From positions 1-12,287 of the forward strand of contig NZ_SNUY01000010.1 in NCBI RefSeq assembly GCF_004376175.1: a stretch of 12,287 nucleotides of DNA, in the 5' to 3' direction. The notes beneath the pieces were generated by a model. The model had not been told where the DNA came from, ran no database searches, and was given only the letters and a program-made list of their open reading frames with translations. Shown here one piece after another: positions 7,480 through 12,287 of this stretch. The position numbers and the translations under genes were made by a program. This DNA comes from Halalkalibacterium halodurans. GTDB lineage: Bacteria > Bacillota > Bacilli > Bacillales > Bacillaceae_D. Every line of letters starts with the position of its first letter. Within the stretch, counting starts at the first letter, position 1.

Positions 7480-8586
7480 ATGACAGATGAACAGTATATG
7501 AAGCTAGCACTAGCACTCGCTGAGTCAGCCCGAGGGCAAACCTCTCCAAACCCACTCGTTGGCGCAGTCGTTGTCAAGGATGGGCAAATCGTCGGCATGG
7601 GGGCTCATTTAAAAGCTGGAGAGCCTCATGCTGAAGTTCATGCGATCCGAATGGCTGGCGAGAAGGCAAAAGGTGCGACGGCGTACGTAACGTTAGAGCC
7701 ATGTAGCCATTATGGTAAAACCCCTCCGTGTGCTGATTTATTGATCGAGGCAGGTGTAGCTCGCGTCGTAATTGCCACAGAGGACCCGTTCCCAAAAGTG
7801 TCCGGTCGGGGGATTCGTAAATTGCAGCAAGCGGGAATCGAAGTGGAGGTAGGTATTTGTAAGCAAGAAGCGCTAGATCTAAACCGGATCTTTTTCCACT
7901 TTGTGCGAACGAAACGACCTTATGTAACGATCAAATCGGCCACGACTCTGGATGGGAAAACGGCAACAGTTCAGGGAAACAGCAAATGGATTACGAGCGA
8001 GCAAGCGAGGGAGGATGTCCACCGGTATCGACATGAACACGACGCTATTCTTGTTGGTGTAGGTACGGTACTTGCTGATAATCCGTCACTCACGACGAGA
8101 CTTGCTGCTGGAGGATTGAACCCAGTTCGCGTCATCCTGGATCGTCGTCTTCGCACACCTCTTGATAGGAACGTAATCACTGATGGGAAAGCACCAACCT
8201 GGATATTTACTGAGGAGAGAGCTGATAAAGCGAAAAAAAAGGCCCTCGAAGAAAAGGGAGTTCAAGTTTTTTCGTTACCTAACGTCTCTGTAGAAGCTGT
8301 ACTTGAAACACTTAGAGAAAAAAATATTCTTTCTGTCTTTGTGGAAGGGGGTGCGACCGTAAACGGTAGCTTTGTAAAAGCAGGCACCGTCGATCAAGTG
8401 ATAACGTACTTAGCTCCAAAGGTCTTTGGAGGAGCTGCAGCCCCGACAGCAATAGGTGGTGACGGTGTGATTGCTGTAGCGGACGCCCTTCCATTTGAAG
8501 TGCAGGAAGTGATACAAATTGGCCCAGATGTGAAGATTGTGGCAAGGGCGAAGGAGGATGGAAACGATGTTTACGGGAATTATTGA
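7480..8586 (+). CDS. ribD: Bifunctional diaminohydroxyphosphoribosylaminopyrimidine deaminase / 5-amino-6-(5-phosphoribosylamino)uracil reductase
   Basis: The CDA zinc motifs HAEVHA and PCSHYGKTPPC occur in the N-terminal half. The C-terminal half is RibD-type reductase (KSATTLDGK..., VEGG). The start could be GTG 7477 or ATG 7480. AAAGGTGG at 7463-7470 gives 9-nt spacing to 7480, which I prefer. Confidence 0.93.
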   Translation: MTDEQYMKLALALAESARGQTSPNPLVGAVVVKDGQIVGMGAHLKAGEPHAEVHAIRMAGEKAKGATAYVTLEPCSHYGKTPPCADLLIEAGVARVVIATEDPFPKVSGRGIRKLQQAGIEVEVGICKQEALDLNRIFFHFVRTKRPYVTIKSATTLDGKTATVQGNSKWITSEQAREDVHRYRHEHDAILVGVGTVLADNPSLTTRLAAGGLNPVRVILDRRLRTPLDRNVITDGKAPTWIFTEERADKAKKKALEEKGVQVFSLPNVSVEAVLETLREKNILSVFVEGGATVNGSFVKAGTVDQVITYLAPKVFGGAAAPTAIGGDGVIAVADALPFEVQEVIQIGPDVKIVARAKEDGNDVYGNY

Positions 8587-9214
8587 AGATGTAGGCACCA
8601 TTGATGCGATTCAGCAAACAGGGGAAGCGATCGTGATGACGATCACATCCAAAAAAATTGTCAGTGATGTGCAATTAGGCGATAGCATCGCGGTTAACGG
8701 AGTATGTTTAACGGTTACTTCGTTTACTGACACTCAATTTACCGTAGACTTGATGCCGGAAACGGTTCGAGCAACGAGCTTACGTCTACTGAGCAAAGGC
8801 TCGCGGGTCAACCTAGAGCGGGCGATGGTAGCTAACGGTCGGTTCGGTGGACATATTGTTTCAGGTCATGTGGATGGAATCGGTACGATCCGTAAAAAAG
8901 AACGGAAGGACAACGCTGTATATTATACGATCGAAGTGTCCTCATCTTTACGTCGTTATATGATCCATAAAGGCTCGGTTGCAGTGGATGGCACAAGCCT
9001 CACCATTTTTGACGTCTCAGACAAAACGTTTACGATTTCGATTATTCCTCATACCATGGAGGAAACGATCATTGGCTTAAAAAAAGCAGGCGATATCGTC
9101 AACATTGAATGCGATCTGATCGGAAAATACATCGAGCAATTTGTGCAGCAAGGAAAACCAGTGAACGAAGGCGGGCTGACGAAAGCCTTTTTAACAGAGC
9201 ACGGATACAATTAA
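8567..9214 (+). CDS. ribE: Riboflavin synthase alpha chain, 215 aa
   Basis: It has the canonical N-terminus [10 protein letters not shown] and two lumazine-binding repeats ([12 protein letters not shown]... and [12 protein letters not shown]...). AAGGAGG at 8551-8557 lies 9 nt before ATG 8567. The track's start at 8537 adds ten non-conserved residues. The CDS overlaps the ribD 3' end by 20 nt. Confidence 0.93.
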   Translation: MFTGIIEDVGTIDAIQQTGEAIVMTITSKKIVSDVQLGDSIAVNGVCLTVTSFTDTQFTVDLMPETVRATSLRLLSKGSRVNLERAMVANGRFGGHIVSGHVDGIGTIRKKERKDNAVYYTIEVSSSLRRYMIHKGSVAVDGTSLTIFDVSDKTFTISIIPHTMEETIIGLKKAGDIVNIECDLIGKYIEQFVQQGKPVNEGGLTKAFLTEHGYN

Positions 9215-9237
9215 ACAGGCAGAAGGCTGGTGATAAT

Positions 9238-10452
9238 ATGGACAAAAAGCTATTTGATCCGATTGAAGAAGCAATATATGAATTAATGCAAGGTCGAGTC
9301 GTGATCGTTTGTGATGATGAGGATCGGGAAAACGAAGGGGATTTTGTAGCCCTTGCTGAAAAAGCAACACCAGAAGTGATTAACTTCATGATCACGCATG
9401 GCCGTGGTCTCGTTTGCACGCCAATTACGGAAGAGCGGGCAAAGGAATTAGATCTTGTCCCCATGGTGGACCATAATACTGATCCCCATGGTACGGCGTT
9501 TACCGTCAGCATTGATCATCAAATGACGACCACAGGAATTTCTGCCCATGAACGGGCTATGACGATTCAGGCGTTAATTGATAAGAAAACGAAAAAGCAC
9601 CACTTCAAACGACCAGGTCACATTTTCCCCCTAATAGCGAAAAACGGAGGAGTACTCCGACGGGCCGGTCATACAGAAGCGGCCGTTGATCTAGCTCGTT
9701 TGTCAGGCGCTGAGCCGGCAGGGGTTATTTGTGAAATCATTAAAGAAGATGGTTCAATGGCACGAGTTCCTGATTTGCGAAAAATCGCCGATCAGTTTGA
9801 ACTGAAGATGATCACAATTAAAGATTTAATCGAATATCGTCACCGTAAAGACAAGCTTGTCAAGCGTGAAGTAGATATTTCCTTACCGACGGATTTCGGC
9901 TCATTCCGTGCAATCGGTTATACAGATGTCATTGATGGAAAAGAGAGTGTCGCTTTAGTGAAAGGACAGATTGTTGAAGGTGAACCAACACTCGTTCGTG
10001 TTCACTCCGAATGTTTAACAGGTGATGTGTTCGGTTCTCACCGTTGCGATTGTGGCCCACAACTCCAGGCAGCTCTCACACAAATCGAGCAACAAGGCAA
10101 AGGGATACTCCTTTATATGCGTCAAGAGGGTCGTGGTATCGGTCTCATGAATAAGTTGAAGGCATACAAGCTTCAAGAAGAAGGCTATGATACTGTAGAA
10201 GCAAATGAGAAATTAGGCTTTCCTGCTGATCTTCGGGACTATGGAATGGGCGCGCAAATTTTACGCGACTTAGGTGTGTCAAAAATGCGCCTCCTTACAA
10301 ACAATCCGCGAAAAATTACGGGCTTGAAAGGGTATGGCCTTGAAGTGGTTGAACGGGTGCCGCTCCAATTACCTCATAACAAAGATAATGAGCGCTATTT
10401 GAAAACAAAGCACGAAAAGTTAGGACATCTGCTAAATTTTACTCATTCGTAA
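9238..10452 (+). CDS. ribBA: Bifunctional 3,4-dihydroxy-2-butanone-4-phosphate synthase / GTP cyclohydrolase II, 404 aa
   Basis: The N-terminal DHBP synthase motifs are [15 protein letters not shown] and [11 protein letters not shown]. The C-terminal GCH-II motif is [26 protein letters not shown] 9238 is preferred to the track's 9109, which would read through the ribE 3' end in another frame and yields an Arg-rich non-homologous extension. Confidence 0.93.
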   Translation: MDKKLFDPIEEAIYELMQGRVVIVCDDEDRENEGDFVALAEKATPEVINFMITHGRGLVCTPITEERAKELDLVPMVDHNTDPHGTAFTVSIDHQMTTTGISAHERAMTIQALIDKKTKKHHFKRPGHIFPLIAKNGGVLRRAGHTEAAVDLARLSGAEPAGVICEIIKEDGSMARVPDLRKIADQFELKMITIKDLIEYRHRKDKLVKREVDISLPTDFGSFRAIGYTDVIDGKESVALVKGQIVEGEPTLVRVHSECLTGDVFGSHRCDCGPQLQAALTQIEQQGKGILLYMRQEGRGIGLMNKLKAYKLQEEGYDTVEANEKLGFPADLRDYGMGAQILRDLGVSKMRLLTNNPRKITGLKGYGLEVVERVPLQLPHNKDNERYLKTKHEKLGHLLNFTHS

Positions 10453-10489
10453 TTGAACGAAACATTCATTCTAGAGGAGGACGTAGAAC

Positions 10490-10960
10490 ATGGGACAAAC
10501 GTTTGAAGGACATTTAGTTGCAGAAGGATTAAAGGTAGGAATTGTTGTTGGACGGTTTAATGAATTTATTACGAGTAAGCTGCTTGGTGGTGCAGAGGAT
10601 GCACTAAGGCGGCATGGGGCTTCCGAGGCTGATGTGGATGTGGCATGGGTACCAGGTGCCTTTGAAATTCCATTTGCGGCAAAAAAAATGGCGGAGTCTG
10701 GGAAATATGATGCTATTATTACGCTTGGAACGGTCATTCGCGGCTCAACGCCACATTTTGATTACGTATGTAATGAGGTGGCCAAAGGGGTTGGCGCGCT
10801 CAACATGAGCACTGGTATTCCGGTTATTTTCGGTGTCTTAACAACAGATACGATTGAGCAAGCCGTCGAGCGGGCTGGGACAAAAGCAGGAAACAAAGGC
10901 TGGGAAGCAGCTGCTGCGGCGATTGAAATGGCGAATTTAAGTAAAGAATTGTCAAAATAA
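10490..10960 (+). CDS. ribH: 6,7-dimethyl-8-ribityllumazine synthase, 156 aa
   Basis: Family blocks present are [45 protein letters not shown] and AG.KAGNKG. AGAGGAGG at 10473-10480 lies 9 nt before the ATG. Confidence 0.95.
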   Translation: MGQTFEGHLVAEGLKVGIVVGRFNEFITSKLLGGAEDALRRHGASEADVDVAWVPGAFEIPFAAKKMAESGKYDAIITLGTVIRGSTPHFDYVCNEVAKGVGALNMSTGIPVIFGVLTTDTIEQAVERAGTKAGNKGWEAAAAAIEMANLSKELSK

Positions 10961-10967
10961 TAGCAGG

Positions 10968-11029
10968 AAAAAAGGGTTGACTCTTCTATCGTTTCCATGA
11001 ATACTTATGGATGAGGGTCGCCCTTTTTT
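10968..11029 (+). terminator. Probable (possibly bidirectional) terminator after ribH
   Basis: AAAAAGGG-TT-GACTCT (from 10969) pairs with AGAGGGTC-G-CCCTTTTT (to 11029): 8 bp, a small internal loop, then 6-7 bp. The ~26-nt apical region can itself fold as CCAT...ATGG. A TTTTTT run sits at 11024-11029. The long loop lowers confidence. Confidence 0.45.
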
Positions 11030-11088
11030 AATTCGTCTTGCTATCTATTATGAAATCGAGAGGACAACGTACGTCTAGATGTGTCGAA

Positions 11089-11097
11089 TGATATAAT
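11089..11097 (+). promoter_or_regulatory. Candidate extended -10 promoter for ribT (TGATATAAT)
   Basis: It is a perfect TGnTATAAT at 11089-11097, 55 nt upstream of the ribT ATG and downstream of the ribH terminator-like structure. The -35 region (GTACGT) is poor. Confidence 0.4.
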
Positions 11098-11151
11098 GGA
11101 AAAAAGTCAATTGGCTTTGCGTAAAGCAAGTTGCCAAAAAGAGGGAGAATC

Positions 11152-11499
11152 ATGTTATTTCCGTATAAATCTGCACAGCGAAAAATCGCTATGGGCTTAA
11201 TCTCGTTTATGCCGAAAGAAAAAGAGATTAAGAAATTGCAGAAAACGATCGATCTTTATGAAAAAGAAACAGAGTGGGAGTTATTTTTATGGAAGGTTGA
11301 AGATGATTATGTGGCCGTCATTGGCGTTTGTCATTTAGCCAATGGGGACGCTGAACTACATCATCTTAGTGTAAACCCTTCCTTTCGCCAAGAAGGACTT
11401 GGAAAACGATTGATAGAAGAGGTGAAACGTCGGCTTGAAGGACGGCTTTTACCAACGAAAGAAACGAGAGCTTTTTTTGACGTCTGTCAAGATGACTGA
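11152..11499 (+). CDS. ribT: RibT, small GNAT-fold protein associated with rib operons, 115 aa
   Basis: MLFPYKSAQRKIAMGLISFMPKEKEIKKLQKTIDLYE...LFLWK...HHLSVNPSFRQEGLGKRL aligns well with B. subtilis RibT as I remember it (..KIAMGLLSFMPNEKD...LFLWKE...RHISVNPSHRHQGIGKQM). GAGGGAG at 11141-11147 precedes ATG 11152. The track's TTG start at 11131 lies inside a leader hairpin. Confidence 0.85.
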   Translation: MLFPYKSAQRKIAMGLISFMPKEKEIKKLQKTIDLYEKETEWELFLWKVEDDYVAVIGVCHLANGDAELHHLSVNPSFRQEGLGKRLIEEVKRRLEGRLLPTKETRAFFDVCQDD

Positions 11500-11506
11500 A
11501 TCGTTC

Positions 11507-11551
11507 AAGGCTTGAAAGTCTAAAACGTTAGACTTTTCAAGCCTTTTTTTT
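11507..11551 (+). terminator. Strong rho-independent terminator after ribT (ownership, chromosome or IS, is ambiguous)
   Basis: AAGGCTTGAAAGTCTA (11507-11522) pairs with TAGACTTTTCAAGCCTT (11529-11545) as ~16 bp with one bulged T. A run of eight T follows, to 11551. Confidence 0.85.
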
Positions 11552-11563
11552 AGCGATTTTGAA

Positions 11564-11586
11564 AACCCCTGGCTATGCCAGGGGTT
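11564..11586 (+). repeat. Left subterminal hairpin of the IS
   Basis: AACCCCTGGC (11564-11573) pairs with GCCAGGGGTT (11577-11586), a perfect 10-bp palindrome around TAT. Confidence 0.6.
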
Positions 11587-11612
11587 CCAGAAAGCTTTTA
11601 GCGTGGTAAAAA

Positions 11613-11679
11613 AATCCTCGCTTCATGGTAAGATAAAGTAGGTTTCCCGACCGCACCATCTCACCATAGAAGGAGGATT
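11613..11679 (+). promoter_or_regulatory. Long-range 5'-UTR helix sequestering the tnpA Shine-Dalgarno
   Basis: AATCCTC-g-CTTC-ATGGT (11613-11629) pairs with ACCAT-a-GAAG-GAGGATT (11663-11679): 16 bp with two single-nt bulges. The SD GAAGGAGGA (11669-11677) lies entirely inside the helix, and the ATG is at 11685. Confidence 0.6.
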
Positions 11680-11684
11680 GCCCA

Positions 11685-12155
11685 ATGAAGGACAAGAACA
11701 GTTTAGCACACACAACATGGAATTGTAAGTATCACATTGTGTTTGCGCCAAAGTATAGAAGGCAAATCATTTATGGAAAGTACAAGAAAAGTATCGGCCA
11801 AATCATTAGGGAATTGTGTGAACGAAAAGGTGTGACGATACACGAAGCTAATGCATGTCCGGATCACATCCATATGCTAGTAAGTATTCCACCAAAGTTG
11901 AGTGTATCTCAATTTATGGGCTTTCTAAAAGGGAAGAGTAGTCTCATGATATTTGACCGACATGCTAACTTAAAATATAGATATGGAAATCGGAAATTTT
12001 GGTGTCGAGGGTTCTATGTTGATACGGTGGGGAGAAATAAGAAACAAATACAAGAATACATTAGAAATCAGCTAAGAGAAGACTACATGGGAGATCAACT
12101 GACGCTGTTTGAAGAGTATGACCCATTTACAGGCGAGAAAAATGAGAAGAAATAA
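11685..12155 (+). CDS. tnpA: IS200/IS605-family Y1 (HUH) transposase TnpA, 156 aa
   Basis: It shows the typical IS200 TnpA blocks: HTTWNCKYHIVFAPKYRR, the HUH motif in PDHIHMLVSIPPK, S.FMGFLKGKSS, FW.RGY.V.TVG, and the catalytic Tyr context IQEYIRNQ. The size is right for the family. Confidence 0.93.
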   Translation: MKDKNSLAHTTWNCKYHIVFAPKYRRQIIYGKYKKSIGQIIRELCERKGVTIHEANACPDHIHMLVSIPPKLSVSQFMGFLKGKSSLMIFDRHANLKYRYGNRKFWCRGFYVDTVGRNKKQIQEYIRNQLREDYMGDQLTLFEEYDPFTGEKNEKK

Positions 12156-12256
12156 GAGATTCTTTAGAATCGGTGAGTAAATGTGGTGCAGAAGGGAAAC
12201 CAATTCGGTGGGCCTTTTAGGCCGAGGCCGGCAACAAAGGCTTTTAGCCGAAGAGC

Positions 12257-12282
12257 AAACCACCAGTTCACACTGGTGGTTT
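12257..12282 (+). repeat. Right subterminal hairpin of the IS (also terminator-like)
   Basis: AAACCACCAGT (12257-12267) pairs with ACTGGTGGTTT (12272-12282), a perfect 11 bp around the loop TCAC. TGATT follows at the window edge. Confidence 0.55.
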
Positions 12283-12287
12283 TGATT

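Larger units (their letters stand above)
11553..12287 (+). mobile_element. IS200-type insertion sequence (IS200/IS605 family, tnpA only); right end at or just beyond the window edge
   Basis: It has a single Y1/HUH transposase ORF flanked by subterminal hairpins at 11564-11586 and 12257-12282, with no terminal inverted repeats. Overall size is roughly 0.7 kb, which is typical for IS200. Exact ends cannot be set from one copy, and the left boundary could lie as far left as ~11500. Confidence 0.8.

Noticed and set aside
7099-7598. Three overlapping ORFs (94 aa -, 92 aa +, 115 aa -) across the rib leader
   Set aside because: They overlap the FMN aptamer, its terminator and the ribD 5' end. None has an RBS, and the translations are Cys/Arg/Ser-rich with no motif. 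They are artefacts of a long non-coding leader.
8537-11151. Upstream alternative starts given by the ORF track for ribE (8537), ribBA (9109) and ribT (TTG 11131)
   Set aside because: Each adds non-conserved, Arg-rich or out-of-family residues. Each lacks an SD at proper spacing. The internal ATGs (8567, 9238, 11152) give canonical N-termini with good SDs.
1088-12263. Nested or antisense ORFs of 61-137 aa inside rhaEW, rhaB, rhaA, the regulator gene, ribD, ribE, ribBA, ribH and tnpA (for example 2797-3156 +, 4520-4840 -, 8312-8674 -, 9099-9512 -)
   Set aside because: All lie wholly within, or antisense to, genes with strong family signatures. They have biased Ser/Arg/Leu-rich translations typical of off-frame reading, and no RBS support.
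12181-12285. 34-codon ORF (MWCRRETNSVG...) in the IS right end
   Set aside because: The SD-like GGTGAG is only 3 nt from the ATG. The region is dominated by hairpins that explain the sequence better as structured DNA or RNA.
1-12287. Window-wide look for CRISPR repeats, tRNA/rRNA, toxin-antitoxin pairs, defence islands, prophage genes and tnpB/IscB-type partners of the IS
   Set aside because: None found. All large ORFs are accounted for by well-known metabolic families plus one TnpA. No regularly spaced repeats are present.

Overview
This is a Bacillaceae-type chromosomal segment of roughly mid-40s % GC (by eye), with every credible gene on the + strand. In order it holds: a cyclophilin-type PPIase (ppiB-like); an L-rhamnose catabolic cluster, rhaEW-rhaB-rhaA plus a DeoR-family regulator; an FMN riboswitch leader followed by the riboflavin operon ribD-ribE-ribBA-ribH; a separately promoted ribT; and an IS200-type element (IS200/IS605 family, Y1/HUH TnpA only) that runs into the right edge of the window. 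The first ~330 nt contain no credible gene.

Protein calls rest on conserved motifs I recognise in the supplied translations and on Shine-Dalgarno/start-codon geometry. RNA and terminator calls rest on base pairing I traced by hand. I see no CRISPR array, tRNA, rRNA, defence-like or toxin-like gene set, and no convincing candidate for an undescribed multi-gene system.

The most interesting material is regulatory or structural:
- an unusually long, multi-part expression platform behind the FMN aptamer;
- phased A-rich direct repeats in front of rhaEW;
- a terminator plus an extended -10 promoter that uncouple ribT from ribH;
- a 16-bp helix that buries the IS200 tnpA ribosome-binding site;
- an ambiguity over whether ribT's strong terminator belongs to the chromosome or to the IS;
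- the unassigned non-coding tract at the left edge, which carries a leftward-facing extended -10 promoter.

No database search or folding energy calculation was possible. All similarity statements come from memory of the protein families.
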